Source: a virus
Strand: one strand, 5' to 3'
IMG/VR virus record: IMGVR_UViG_3300020182_000028
Location: 3,492 to 67,491 of that record
Length of the DNA: 64,000 bases
Part shown: in pieces, positions 19,754 through 30,486 of the stretch
Position numbering within the stretch: position 1 is the stretch's first letter
Layout: each line of letters opens with the position of its first letter
The notes under the pieces: model-generated
What the model was told of the DNA's origin: nothing
Seen by the model: the letters and a program-made list of their open reading frames with translations, nothing else
Database searches by the model: none
Program-made: the position numbers and the translations under genes

Positions 19754-20669
19754 CGTTAGGAGTAAAAGAGTAGCACGGAGAAAACTTGTATTACCGAAAT
19801 CAACGTCAGTATTATATGATGAATTAATTGATGGTTCAAATCCAACACTAATAATAGAAGATTCGATTGAAGAAAAAACACATGATGTGGTAGAGTCTTC
19901 AACTGGAATACAAAACTATGATTATCATAGAATGATTAATCTTTATACAGAAAATAATCCTTCTCAGCAACTCGGTAATTATCGTTCAGCAATGGACTAT
20001 CTTTGTTACTATAATACGAATGTTACCAGGGAAAATATGTTAGTCGATAGACTTAAAGATTTAGTATATGACTACCCTAACTATGATATATCATCTTACG
20101 CTAATAAACAGAATGGTGCAATACATAGTTGGGTAATATCACAGATGACAAATGTATTTGCAAAAAAATATCTAGGGACTGTTTACATCTTAGATGGTGG
20201 GATTGGACTATTAGGTGCAGGCTTTTTAGATAGTTCATTAGTATTTCAAAACATTCGTAGTTTTGATCTTAATCCTTCTGGACAATTTATGGCAGATTCA
20301 ATGATGAAAAATGAATTACTTGAAGATTGGAAATTTAAATCTACTACACAAGATATATTTAATTTGGATTATATAAAGAATGAATTTATTACCACTCTCC
20401 CTGACGGTAGTTTAAGCAATCCATTTGACGAAATTCCAAATGTAGTAATTAATACCAACATAAGTTATATTGAAAATTATGAAGATTGGTGGAAGATGGT
20501 TCCAACCACTCGTTATGTAGTATTAGTTTCTACTAGTGATGAAAATTCAGCAAGACCATTTCTAAGTTCAATTGCGTTTAACCGTAAATTTCAATTGGAA
20601 ACTGAGTTTTATTCGGGTAATCAAAAAATAAATGGAATAAATTATTATATGAAAATTGGTATCAAGTAA
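19734..20669 (+). CDS. Class I SAM-methyltransferase-like protein (degenerate paralogue of 20670..21515)
   Basis: VYILDGGIGLL, IRSFDLN, WKFKSTTQDI, PNVVINTN; likely start at MSNVRSK (19746). Confidence 0.5.
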   Translation: MIYIMSNVRSKRVARRKLVLPKSTSVLYDELIDGSNPTLIIEDSIEEKTHDVVESSTGIQNYDYHRMINLYTENNPSQQLGNYRSAMDYLCYYNTNVTRENMLVDRLKDLVYDYPNYDISSYANKQNGAIHSWVISQMTNVFAKKYLGTVYILDGGIGLLGAGFLDSSLVFQNIRSFDLNPSGQFMADSMMKNELLEDWKFKSTTQDIFNLDYIKNEFITTLPDGSLSNPFDEIPNVVINTNISYIENYEDWWKMVPTTRYVVLVSTSDENSARPFLSSIAFNRKFQLETEFYSGNQKINGINYYMKIGIK

Positions 20670-21515
20670 ATGCTTCCTACCTTTGAATTATTAGATAGAT
20701 ATGAACTACTATATCCTACGAATAGTAATCTCTCAGATTTGCGTAGAGCATATATTGATAAGGATTTAAGTAGTATTTTTCGACTAGTAAACGATAATAA
20801 TAAAGAAGATTTACGTAAATTAATTATGGAAGATAACACGTGGAAGTTATGGCCGGTATTAGATAGTTATGTTGACACACAGTTTACGGCTGCGTTTAAA
20901 AGTTTCTTTGTTAATGAAACAGAAATTTGGAATGACTGTTTTTCTAGAGGCCAATTACGGAGCAAATTGTGGTTAGTACATGAACTTAAAAAATGCAATG
21001 TAGAACTTGGCACAGTATTTTTATGTGCAGGATGGTATGCTACACTTGCTACAATGTTATTTCAGAGTAACATTAAGTTACTTAATGTTAGATCTTTTGA
21101 CATTGACGATACTTGCGTAGACATTGCTGAAACATTTAACAAGCCATGGTTTGTTGATCAATGGCGCTTTAAAAGTATCACACAAGATATAATGGATGTC
21201 GATTATGACGAACATACATGGCAGTATTGGAGTAATGCTAACAATAGAATGAGCAAACCTATTACTGATACTCCAAATACTATTATAAATACAAGTTGTG
21301 AACACATTGAAAACTTTGCAGAATGGTATGATCTAATACCAGATGGCAAATTAGTTGTACTACAAGGCAATAACTTTTTTGAAGTAGAAGAACATGTAAA
21401 TTGTTCAACAAGTATTTCGCAATTTAGTAGAAGTTGTCCTATGAAAGAAACATTATTTGAAGGCGAATTATTTTTATCAGATTATACAAGGTTTATGAAA
21501 ATTGGATATAAATAA
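20670..21515 (+). CDS. Class I SAM-methyltransferase-like protein
   Basis: GQLRSKLWL, VFLCAGWYA, VRSFDID, INTSCEH, VLQGNN. Confidence 0.6.
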   Translation: MLPTFELLDRYELLYPTNSNLSDLRRAYIDKDLSSIFRLVNDNNKEDLRKLIMEDNTWKLWPVLDSYVDTQFTAAFKSFFVNETEIWNDCFSRGQLRSKLWLVHELKKCNVELGTVFLCAGWYATLATMLFQSNIKLLNVRSFDIDDTCVDIAETFNKPWFVDQWRFKSITQDIMDVDYDEHTWQYWSNANNRMSKPITDTPNTIINTSCEHIENFAEWYDLIPDGKLVVLQGNNFFEVEEHVNCSTSISQFSRSCPMKETLFEGELFLSDYTRFMKIGYK

Positions 21516-21538
21516 TTTATTAGTTAAACAACACAGCA

Positions 21539-22072
21539 TTGGATGTTCAGATGAAAAGAATACATGAATCCAGAAACAGTGTTATAGAACTTGATACAGA
21601 AACTAGATTACTTTATAAGACTCTAAAGCATAGGGAGGTATCTGATGACTGGCTACATAATTACAACCTAGTACGCAATGATAATAGCATGTATGTAAAA
21701 GTTCATAATGTGATTGATAATAAAACATTTACTATGGATTATATTGATGCTATTGGTGACCTAGAATATATTATCAAAGATCCTTCTAATTGGCAAATGA
21801 TTGATAAGGACTTCGTTATACAATCCATTCAGTCTTATACTAATGCTTACTTGGACGGATTGAGGGTCAGCAAAAATAGAACTGATAAACATTATTTTAT
21901 GCACACTGATCTAACACTTGATAACATATTAGTTGACAACAATAAACAAATTAGGATAATTGATCCCGACTCATACACTTGGGTGCCCAATCTACAATGG
22001 ACAGAAAAATATTATATAACTCATATAAATATGATGTTCTGTTTGCAAAGGTATTTTTACGAATATGTATAA
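21539..22072 (+). CDS. APH/choline-kinase-like phosphotransferase
   Basis: HTDLTLDNILV (HxDxxxxN) followed by IIDPD. Confidence 0.6.
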   Translation: MDVQMKRIHESRNSVIELDTETRLLYKTLKHREVSDDWLHNYNLVRNDNSMYVKVHNVIDNKTFTMDYIDAIGDLEYIIKDPSNWQMIDKDFVIQSIQSYTNAYLDGLRVSKNRTDKHYFMHTDLTLDNILVDNNKQIRIIDPDSYTWVPNLQWTEKYYITHINMMFCLQRYFYEYV

Positions 22073-23150
22073 TTATAATGATATCAAAGAAGTTCACTTA
22101 GAGATTACACAAAAATGTCAAGCAGCATGTCCGATGTGTGACCGAAATGAGAATGGTGGAAAAGACAATAGACACATTATAAATGCTGAACTTAGTCTTG
22201 CGGATTGCAAACGTATCTTTGAGCCAGAGTTTATTGCACAGTTACGCACAATGTATATGTGTGGTAATCTTGGTGATCCTATTGTTGCCAGGGATACATT
22301 AGAAGTATTTAAATACTTTAGAGAACATAATCCAACAATGTGGCTAAGTATGAATACAAATGCTGGTGCAAAGAATCCAGAATGGTGGGAAGAATTAGCT
22401 GGTGTTATCAACAATAACGGTGCAGTAATATTTAGTGTTGATGGTCTTCGTGATACCAATCATCTTTACAGACAAAATGTTGTTTGGGATAATGTAGAAC
22501 GTAATATGAAAGCATTTATTTCTGCCGGTGGCAGAGCGAGATGGGATTTTTTGATATTTCAACACAATGAACATCAGGTTGCAGAAGCAGAATCACTTGC
22601 GATTGAATGGGGTGTTGAGCGTTTTGTTAAAAAGAAAAGCGCACGTTTCATTAGTAGTATCACTAGCGAAGCAAAGGATTGGCATCAGAGTAGAAACCGT
22701 AACGGTGAGCAAACACAAGTCATAGCCAAGCCTAACAAAATGGACAACCAGAATTTAATACTACACAAGCAAAAAGAAATAGAAAAGACATATGGTAGTA
22801 TGATGGAGTTTTACAATCAATGTGATATTGAGTGTAAGGTTGCAAAACAAAAGAGTATTTTTATTACTGCAGAAGGTTTATTTTTGCCATGCTGTTGGAC
22901 TGCTGGTAGAATGTACAAGTGGTGGCACAAGGACTATCGTGTAGAACAGATATGGGATTACATTGACGCCGCCGGAGGCAAAAAAGGTCTTGATGTTATT
23001 AACAATAGTTTACAGAGTGTTATTGACGGTACACTAGTAGATGATATTGAAAGCAGTTGGAAAAAGCAAAGTATCAAAGAAGGTAAGATCGGAGTATGCG
23101 CTCAAAAATGTAGTGTAGGGTTTGACGTATTCGAGGCACAGTTCACATGA
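22065..23150 (+). CDS. Radical SAM/SPASM protein (rSAM 4)
   Basis: EITQKCQAACPMC, CGNLGDP, C-terminal CKV...LPCCW...CAQKC. Confidence 0.9.
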   Translation: MYNYNDIKEVHLEITQKCQAACPMCDRNENGGKDNRHIINAELSLADCKRIFEPEFIAQLRTMYMCGNLGDPIVARDTLEVFKYFREHNPTMWLSMNTNAGAKNPEWWEELAGVINNNGAVIFSVDGLRDTNHLYRQNVVWDNVERNMKAFISAGGRARWDFLIFQHNEHQVAEAESLAIEWGVERFVKKKSARFISSITSEAKDWHQSRNRNGEQTQVIAKPNKMDNQNLILHKQKEIEKTYGSMMEFYNQCDIECKVAKQKSIFITAEGLFLPCCWTAGRMYKWWHKDYRVEQIWDYIDAAGGKKGLDVINNSLQSVIDGTLVDDIESSWKKQSIKEGKIGVCAQKCSVGFDVFEAQFT

Positions 23151-24370
23151 GTAAAACTTTTTGCCCCATACCTTGGATATTTCAAGCGCCCCGCAGTAAC
23201 GGTGACTTGCGTGTTTGTTGTCAAGCAAATAGTAGTGAGGACTATGGTCTGATACGCAAGACAGATGGCACTCCTTATAATGCCGCTGGCGATTATTTGG
23301 AAGAAAGCCGTAATGCAAACATTATGAAATCAATGCGACTGAACATGCTAGAAGGCAAGTGGAGCAGCCAGTGTGTTCGTTGCCGCACAGATGAAGATAA
23401 TGGACATCACAGTAGGCGTATGGCTGAAAACAAAGACTGGTGGTTTGACATTGACGAAGCACGTAAAGTAACAGCGGAAGATGGAACAATTGATGGTGTT
23501 GCTATACAGTATTATGATTTTAGATTTGGAAACAAATGTAATCTAGCTTGTAGAATGTGCGGTCCTAGTGATAGTGACAAGTGGTACGAAGATTGGGAAA
23601 AGTTAGTAGGACCAAAGTTCTTTGACAACGGCGGCGAAGAAATAACAATCGGTGACAATAGTGCGTTCAATTGGCATGAGAGCGAATACTTTTGGAAACA
23701 AGTAGAAAACAATATGCGTAATATCAAGCGTGTATATTTTGCAGGTGGAGAGCCTACACTGATACAAAAGCACTATACCTTTTTAGAAAAGTGTGTAGAA
23801 TCTGGACAATCTAGTAAGATGACTATTGAATACAATACAAACATCACCACATTGCCTGCCCGATTACTTGAACTATGGACTCACTTTAAACGAGTAATTA
23901 TTGGTGCCAGTATCGATGGATATGGGGATGTGTTAGAGTATCAGCGTTATCCAGTGAAGTGGGATAAAGTTTATAATAACATGTTGAAGATTGATAAACT
24001 GCCCGATAATGTTCGCTGCTGGTTTTCTTACACCGTAACCGTATTTAATGTACATCACACTACTGATTTTATAAACTGGGTAGATGAACAACAGTTCTCA
24101 AAACTAAATCGTGTCAAACATCATATGGCATACAATCCTCCTTACTTGAATGTACAAGTGTTACCTGATGAATACAAAAAATATGTCACCGATAGACTAG
24201 ACATGAACAACGCTATTTGTAAAAGCATAAGTAGTTATATGAATTCCAAGTCATTGAATAAGTTACACTGGCATGAATTTGAAGCTATAACAACCAAATT
24301 AGACAAGATAAGAAATCAAGATATAAAAATAATATTACCGGAACTAGGAAAATATGTCAAAAAAATCTGA
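23147..24370 (+). CDS. Radical SAM protein with N-terminal twitch domain (rSAM 5)
   Basis: FCPIPW...RVCC...CVRC, CNLACRMC, FAGGEP. Confidence 0.9.
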   Translation: MSKTFCPIPWIFQAPRSNGDLRVCCQANSSEDYGLIRKTDGTPYNAAGDYLEESRNANIMKSMRLNMLEGKWSSQCVRCRTDEDNGHHSRRMAENKDWWFDIDEARKVTAEDGTIDGVAIQYYDFRFGNKCNLACRMCGPSDSDKWYEDWEKLVGPKFFDNGGEEITIGDNSAFNWHESEYFWKQVENNMRNIKRVYFAGGEPTLIQKHYTFLEKCVESGQSSKMTIEYNTNITTLPARLLELWTHFKRVIIGASIDGYGDVLEYQRYPVKWDKVYNNMLKIDKLPDNVRCWFSYTVTVFNVHHTTDFINWVDEQQFSKLNRVKHHMAYNPPYLNVQVLPDEYKKYVTDRLDMNNAICKSISSYMNSKSLNKLHWHEFEAITTKLDKIRNQDIKIILPELGKYVKKI

Positions 24371-25760
24371 TACATTTTGTATTCTACCATGGGTACATCT
24401 AAGCACAAGACCAGACGGCAGTATGCGAGTCTGTTGTACTGCAAATGCAAGCAGTGTTGGACCAACCAATGATAAAGAACACGGCGGGCAAGTGGGCATT
24501 TTAAAAGATGACGAAGGTCGTCCTAATAACTTAAATGTTAGTGACTTTGAAACTGCTTGGAATTCTAATTATATGAAGAATGTGCGACTACAAATGCTTA
24601 ATGGCGAAAAGCCCCCCAGTTGTTTAAAATGCTTCAAAGAAGAAGAAGCAGGCCATAATTCAAAAAGAATGTGGGAAACTGCATATTGGAGTGAGAGGGT
24701 CGATGTAGAAAAAATTCTAAAAGAAACGAATGAAGATGGAAGTGTTCCTCCTAATCTTGCATATATTGATTTGCGTTTTGGTACTAAGTGTCAATTGGCT
24801 TGTGTGATGTGTAGTCCACATGATAGTAGTGGTTGGATTAAAGATTACAAAAAGATTTTTCCTGATGTCAAAAATGAATCTCTTAAAGAAACAATGCAAT
24901 GGAATAATAAAGGTAGTTCCAATGGTAGTAGTTACAATTGGCATAAGCAGAATCCAACTTTTTGGAAACAGTTTTATGAACAGATGTCTAGTATGCAACA
25001 AATTTATTTTGCTGGAGGCGAAAGTCTTATCATTGACGAACATTATGAAATACTTGAACACGCAATTAAAATGGGTTATGCAAAAGACTTGGAACTGCGT
25101 TATAACAGTAACGGAGTCGAATGGCGTGATGATTTATTTGATCTATGGAAAGAATTTAAACTAGTACGTTTTCATTACAGTATAGACAGTATTAAAGAAA
25201 TGAATGACTATATTCGTTATCCTAGTACTTGGGCACGACAAGAAGAAGTATTTCATATTTTAGATAATGAAACTAGTGATAATGTTGAAATAACTGTTGC
25301 TTGTGCAGTACAAGCACTTAATATATATTATATTCCAGACCTTATTAAATGGAAAGTTCAACAAAAATTTCGTAAAATAAATATGTGGCCTTTTGGTGCT
25401 GGTATGATAAACTATCACTTTGTGTATTGGCCTGCGCATTTAAATGTAAAAGTATTGCCTGCGTGGTTTAAAGCAGAATGTCGGCGTAAGTATGAGGAAT
25501 TTTATCCATGGATGGAAGAGAACTGGGAATTATGTATCCCATCATGGCATAAAGATAAAGTGGATTATGACACATGGCGTAATAGCTCGTATGGCATGAA
25601 ACGACTAGATGGCATGTTAAGCTTTATGGAAAGTGAAGACTGGAGTGTTAGACTTCCAGAGATGAAAGAATTTATTGGATTATGCGACAGACAGCGAAAC
25701 AACAGCTTTAGTGCAACGTTCCCAGAAATGAAAGAGATATTTGATGGCCTTACATCCTAA
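24354..25760 (+). CDS. Radical SAM protein with N-terminal twitch domain (rSAM 6)
   Basis: FCILPW...RVCC...CLKC, CQLACVMC, FAGGES. Confidence 0.9.
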   Translation: MSKKSDTFCILPWVHLSTRPDGSMRVCCTANASSVGPTNDKEHGGQVGILKDDEGRPNNLNVSDFETAWNSNYMKNVRLQMLNGEKPPSCLKCFKEEEAGHNSKRMWETAYWSERVDVEKILKETNEDGSVPPNLAYIDLRFGTKCQLACVMCSPHDSSGWIKDYKKIFPDVKNESLKETMQWNNKGSSNGSSYNWHKQNPTFWKQFYEQMSSMQQIYFAGGESLIIDEHYEILEHAIKMGYAKDLELRYNSNGVEWRDDLFDLWKEFKLVRFHYSIDSIKEMNDYIRYPSTWARQEEVFHILDNETSDNVEITVACAVQALNIYYIPDLIKWKVQQKFRKINMWPFGAGMINYHFVYWPAHLNVKVLPAWFKAECRRKYEEFYPWMEENWELCIPSWHKDKVDYDTWRNSSYGMKRLDGMLSFMESEDWSVRLPEMKEFIGLCDRQRNNSFSATFPEMKEIFDGLTS

Positions 25761-27147
25761 ACAGAAACAATACAAAGATGACTTAAATTCTGGGGTAAGA
25801 AAGATTGATGATAAGTTATTAGATTGTGGACAGTCATATACTGTGTTCAAGTTTCAGCCTGAGATTGGAGCGTTCTCTGCTTGTTGCGATGCTGATCTGA
25901 TCAACTATGATCATGAAAGCTTTTTGGAGTTAGGATCGGACTACTTTGATAAACATCCTGATTTGATACAACGTAAAATAGATTTACGAAATAACATAAA
26001 AAATAAACAGTGTTCACTGTGCTGGAAAAAAGAAGATCAAGGCATAAAGAGTATGCGACAGACACTAGCACCAACTGACAGTAGATTTAATCATCAAAAT
26101 CCATACCTAGACATTGACAAAAGTTATCCTAATCGAATTGAACTTTGGATGAACAGCACGTGTAACCTAGGATGCTTTATGTGTCATCTAGGTAATAGTA
26201 ATACTCTTAGAAAGATATGGCACGAAGATCACGATACATATGGCAACGATGGTATAGGCTTTACACAGTGGCTTGACAAGTCTGATTTCACAAAAAACAA
26301 CATGCAGGATGCATTTATCAAGACACTACATACATGGACAGTGAAGAACATTGGTGATCAACTAAATGATGTCTTGACTATTGCATACTTAGGTGGCGAG
26401 CCGACATTACACAGCGAAATGTTTGATCATGCGGATTCTTTCATTGAAGCTAGCAAAGACGCTATTGCTGCAGGTTGTAGAAGAAAAATTAGTATCACAA
26501 CCAACGGCACTAGTAAAGACAAACTAAATGAACGTTTCTATACGATGTTTCAAAAGTACAAACGCGCAGGTTGGATAACTGATATTATGCTAAGCCAAGA
26601 CGGTGTTGATGAAGCAGCACAAGTAAGACACGGTGCAAACTCAGTACAAATTATGAAAAACTATAATAAATGGATTTCACCAGATAGTGTGCTTGACAGT
26701 GTAAATCACTTTACAGTATTGAGTAATCTCAATTTTCCATACGCTCATAATTTGTTTTATCAACTTAGAGATTCAATTGATAATAACTATGCAAGCATTG
26801 GGACAATTGAAAAAAGATTGTCTCTGTCTTTCAATGCATGTATGGCACCAACTTGGATGCAGATAAAATACTTGCCTAAACGATTTGCTACACATTCAGC
26901 AGAGGAGTGTATAAAGGTATATGAATACCTTAGGACCAACTACAACATATTTATGAATACAAGTGTATTTGATAGTGTACTAAATCGTATCGAGGATAAT
27001 CCAACACAGGATGAAATTGAATATTATTTTCAGACGCTACATTATGTACAAGATGTATATAGAAAAACATATCCAACTTGGAGCTTCTATAAAAACTTTC
27101 CGCATTTGGTGGAGTTTGCAAACGACTATGGAATAGAAAGAGAATAA
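25741..27147 (+). CDS. Radical SAM protein with N-terminal twitch domain (rSAM 7)
   Basis: SACC...CSLCW, CNLGCFMC, LGGEPT, ITTNG. Confidence 0.9.
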   Translation: MMALHPKQKQYKDDLNSGVRKIDDKLLDCGQSYTVFKFQPEIGAFSACCDADLINYDHESFLELGSDYFDKHPDLIQRKIDLRNNIKNKQCSLCWKKEDQGIKSMRQTLAPTDSRFNHQNPYLDIDKSYPNRIELWMNSTCNLGCFMCHLGNSNTLRKIWHEDHDTYGNDGIGFTQWLDKSDFTKNNMQDAFIKTLHTWTVKNIGDQLNDVLTIAYLGGEPTLHSEMFDHADSFIEASKDAIAAGCRRKISITTNGTSKDKLNERFYTMFQKYKRAGWITDIMLSQDGVDEAAQVRHGANSVQIMKNYNKWISPDSVLDSVNHFTVLSNLNFPYAHNLFYQLRDSIDNNYASIGTIEKRLSLSFNACMAPTWMQIKYLPKRFATHSAEECIKVYEYLRTNYNIFMNTSVFDSVLNRIEDNPTQDEIEYYFQTLHYVQDVYRKTYPTWSFYKNFPHLVEFANDYGIERE

Positions 27148-27148
27148 A

Positions 27149-28540
27149 ATGGGACTATGTAGCATTGACGATAAAACTGAAAAGCAGTTGATGGTTATTT
27201 GGGATCTAGGACGCAGATGCACATTTGCTTGTTCTTATTGCCCACCACATAGAAAAAATAGCTGGAGTACTCTAGCAAGTTTTGATGAACTTGTTAAGAC
27301 CGCAGATAGCTTAGAGCGTTACAGTGAGATTTATAATTCAAAGAGAAACAAACGCTTTAGAGTAGCAGCAAGTTTCACGGGCGGTGAGCCAACTGTAAAT
27401 CCAGAGTTCTTTAGATTTCTAGAATACTTACAAGAAAAGTATCCGCATTGGAAACGCACACTGACTACAAACGGATTTTACAGCAAGCGTAGACTTGAAA
27501 TTGTTATGAAGAACACAGACTTTACAACAGTAAGTTATCATTGTGAGGGCAGTGAAGAACAAAAGAAACAAGTTAGAGAAAACTTACAAACAATGCATGA
27601 CGCTGGATATGGATTCAAGATCAATATTATGTTTCATGAAAATGCTGATTACTTCAATGAGTGTGTGTATATTGCACAGTGGTGTGATGATAGAGGTATA
27701 CAGTACACTCCACGTGTTATAGGTGACCAAGGAGATATCAACTCAGGAATAAAGAACAAGACAGTACACACTTACACTAAAACTCAAATGAGTTGGTTCA
27801 AGAACTATTGGAAAGCAAAACAAAACAAAGAGTCTAAGCCTGCTTATTATGCTAGTAATCCGCCTAAGCCTGTTGTTACATCGAATGAAACAAAAGATGT
27901 GATTAGTAATCCGCCTAAGCCTGTTGTTACATCGAATGAAACAAAAGATGTGATTAGTAATCAGCCTAAGCCTGTTGTTACATCGAATGAAACAAAAGAT
28001 GTGATTAGTAATCAGCCAGAACCAAAAAAAGAAATAGGACAAAATATTGGGCGACCGTGCTGTGGCGGCAGACAGTTAGACCTAAGTTTTGACGATGGAT
28101 CAGTAAGTGAAGGCTCGTTTGTAACAAACAACAACTTCCAAAACTGGAGTTGTATGGTAAACTGGTACTTCCTGTATATACATCAAGAAGTAGATAGAAT
28201 TTATCATCATCAAACATGTCAAGTAAATCTTGATGGTGAAATTGGAAGTATCTGTAAAGTAAGTACCTTTGACGAATACTGCGATACACTAGAAGCACAG
28301 TTTAACACTGGGCGTATACCATTTATTAGATGTCCGAAAACACATTGTGGTTGCGGATTGTGTGTACCAAAGGCAAGAGTTGATAAAGTTGCAACATCGT
28401 TGTTTAACTACCATGCTCCGGGTATTGTACCAGAGCAAATGGAAATGAAAGATATAGGTGGGGCTAAAGGCTCACTGAAAGCAGAAGTATATAAGTTTGA
28501 TGAATCAAACGGAGATTTAGAAAGGGAAGAATGGGGATGA
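27149..28540 (+). CDS. Radical SAM/SPASM protein with internal tandem repeat (rSAM 8)
   Basis: CTFACSYC, FTGGEPT, TTNG, C-terminal CCGG...WSC...C...CPKTHCGCGLC. Confidence 0.9.
   Translation: MGLCSIDDKTEKQLMVIWDLGRRCTFACSYCPPHRKNSWSTLASFDELVKTADSLERYSEIYNSKRNKRFRVAASFTGGEPTVNPEFFRFLEYLQEKYPHWKRTLTTNGFYSKRRLEIVMKNTDFTTVSYHCEGSEEQKKQVRENLQTMHDAGYGFKINIMFHENADYFNECVYIAQWCDDRGIQYTPRVIGDQGDINSGIKNKTVHTYTKTQMSWFKNYWKAKQNKESKPAYYASNPPKPVVTSNETKDVISNPPKPVVTSNETKDVISNQPKPVVTSNETKDVISNQPEPKKEIGQNIGRPCCGGRQLDLSFDDGSVSEGSFVTNNNFQNWSCMVNWYFLYIHQEVDRIYHHQTCQVNLDGEIGSICKVSTFDEYCDTLEAQFNTGRIPFIRCPKTHCGCGLCVPKARVDKVATSLFNYHAPGIVPEQMEMKDIGGAKGSLKAEVYKFDESNGDLEREEWG
27854..28017 (+). repeat. 51-bp in-frame tandem repeat, about 3.2 copies (SN[P/Q]PKPVVTSNETKDVI)
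   Basis: Units start at 27854, 27905, 27956 and 28007 (partial); nearly identical at nucleotide level. Confidence 0.95.
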
Positions 28541-29238
28541 TACTACATAGTGATGACGGAACACAAAGTATAAACTTTGATATTCATGAGAAATATAATA
28601 AAATTTTAGTAAACTGCAGTGGAGGTGCTGACAGTGGAATACTACTTTACATGGTTGTTGATTACCTAATGAAGAACAATCGAACGGATACTACAGTAAG
28701 TGTAGCAACATGTGCTAACGATTTCAAGCATCGTTGGAATGCTCGTAAAGCAGCAGATGTTATAAATTGGACCATTGCTCATACAGGCTTTACTAATTTT
28801 GATATGCATTATACATATTATAGAGATAGACAAGATACGAGTTATTTTCATGAAATTGAAGCTAAATTGTTTAAAGAAGGCCGAACAAATTTGATAATTA
28901 GTGGTATTACTAACAATCCGGTAGTTGAAGCTAATGTAATTGACATTGACGGCAAAGAGGTTGATTTGATAGAAACCGGATTGTCAGAAAGAAACGTAGG
29001 AGATGACGAAAAGGATTTCATGGGAGGAGTAGGTTATGCATACTACACACCATTTCACAAAGTTGATAAAAGGTTTATATCGTCAATGTACAACCAATAC
29101 AATGTTATGCCATTATTTGATCTTACACGAAGCTGTGAAGTAATACCAGAAGGTGAGTTTGATCCAGAGTTTGAAAAAAATCCATGCGGTAGATGTTGGT
29201 GGTGTCTGGAACGCAAGTGGGCATTTGGCAGATGGTAA
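28531..29238 (+). CDS. QueC-like PP-loop ATPase (7-cyano-7-deazaguanine synthase-like)
   Basis: SGGADS PP-loop; C-terminal TRSC...CGRCWWCLER Zn motif as in QueC. Confidence 0.7.
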   Translation: MGMILHSDDGTQSINFDIHEKYNKILVNCSGGADSGILLYMVVDYLMKNNRTDTTVSVATCANDFKHRWNARKAADVINWTIAHTGFTNFDMHYTYYRDRQDTSYFHEIEAKLFKEGRTNLIISGITNNPVVEANVIDIDGKEVDLIETGLSERNVGDDEKDFMGGVGYAYYTPFHKVDKRFISSMYNQYNVMPLFDLTRSCEVIPEGEFDPEFEKNPCGRCWWCLERKWAFGRW

Positions 29239-30486
29239 ATGGAAGATAATGCTCGATTCATTTGTAGCAAGATGTTTACAAATCTAAATATTAAGATTCC
29301 GTATCAAAGTATAAAAAATTGTTGTAAGGCATGTGATACACATATATCTTATGAAGAAATCAACAATCAAAAAGTTATACCAGATCCATTTATACAAAAT
29401 CCTGATTACTTATCTCGTAAGTCTGAAATGCTATTCATGAACAGGCTACCTAAGCATGGTTGTAAAACCTGTGTACAGACTGAACCTAACAGCCTGTTTC
29501 GTTCATGGAACGGCTGGAAGAATAGGACATACACACAGCAAGACTTACACGACTTATATGACAATGACCATCTAACCTATTATGAGATCATGCTGAGTAG
29601 CAGTTGTGATTTGAAGTGTGTGTATTGTGGACCTGATGATAGCTCTAGTTGGGCGCTAGAACTAAACGAACCTAGAACAAAAGCACCAGATAAGTGGGAA
29701 GAAAAAGTAAAACACCGACTAGAAGAACACCTGCATAATAAGAAGTGGGATCCTGATACGACATATGAGTTTACCTTTAGTGGCGGTGAGCCTACGTATA
29801 ATATGGAGACTATTGACTTCATTGAAAAGATTGTAAAGATTACAACAGGTAACAAAGTTATTATAGGTATCAACACTAACTTAAACTCAAAACCTAAAAT
29901 ATTTGAAAAATTTATGAATATTGTTGATAGGTACAGTGAAACAAAGTTTTATCTTTATTGTAGCCTAGAAGACATAGGTGAACGATGCGAAGCAGTACGC
30001 ACAGGTATCAACTGGCACCGCGCAATACAGAATTTTGAAATTGCATTGCAAAAAGATAACTTGTTAGTACAAATGTTACCAACTCCTAACATGTATAGTT
30101 TACCTAGTATGTTAGACTATGTTACATACTTTTCAAGTAAACTTAAAGAGTACGATAAGTTTATACCCGAAGGAGAACAAATAGATGGTAGGCGTTACAC
30201 ATTGTTTTCATACAACATGGTACAAGAAGCACCATTGTCTCCTGCTAGTATGCCGGCGCATTACAAGAGCATGCTAGATCCTGCTATTGAATACTGCAAC
30301 AACAATCAAATGACATACTTTGCAAGACATCTAATGCAAATACAAAATCTAATTGGAACAAAAATAGATAATAGTACAGCAACGAAGATTGAAAACAAGT
30401 TCAACTACTTCAAGCTAGTGCGCCCTGGCTATGACTGGGATCGACTATTTCCACATGTAAACGACATTATCAAGGAACTTAAATGA
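29239..30486 (+). CDS. Radical SAM protein with N-terminal twitch domain (rSAM 9)
   Basis: NCCK...CKTC, CDLKCVYC, FSGGEPT, INTN. Confidence 0.9.
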   Translation: MEDNARFICSKMFTNLNIKIPYQSIKNCCKACDTHISYEEINNQKVIPDPFIQNPDYLSRKSEMLFMNRLPKHGCKTCVQTEPNSLFRSWNGWKNRTYTQQDLHDLYDNDHLTYYEIMLSSSCDLKCVYCGPDDSSSWALELNEPRTKAPDKWEEKVKHRLEEHLHNKKWDPDTTYEFTFSGGEPTYNMETIDFIEKIVKITTGNKVIIGINTNLNSKPKIFEKFMNIVDRYSETKFYLYCSLEDIGERCEAVRTGINWHRAIQNFEIALQKDNLLVQMLPTPNMYSLPSMLDYVTYFSSKLKEYDKFIPEGEQIDGRRYTLFSYNMVQEAPLSPASMPAHYKSMLDPAIEYCNNNQMTYFARHLMQIQNLIGTKIDNSTATKIENKFNYFKLVRPGYDWDRLFPHVNDIIKELK

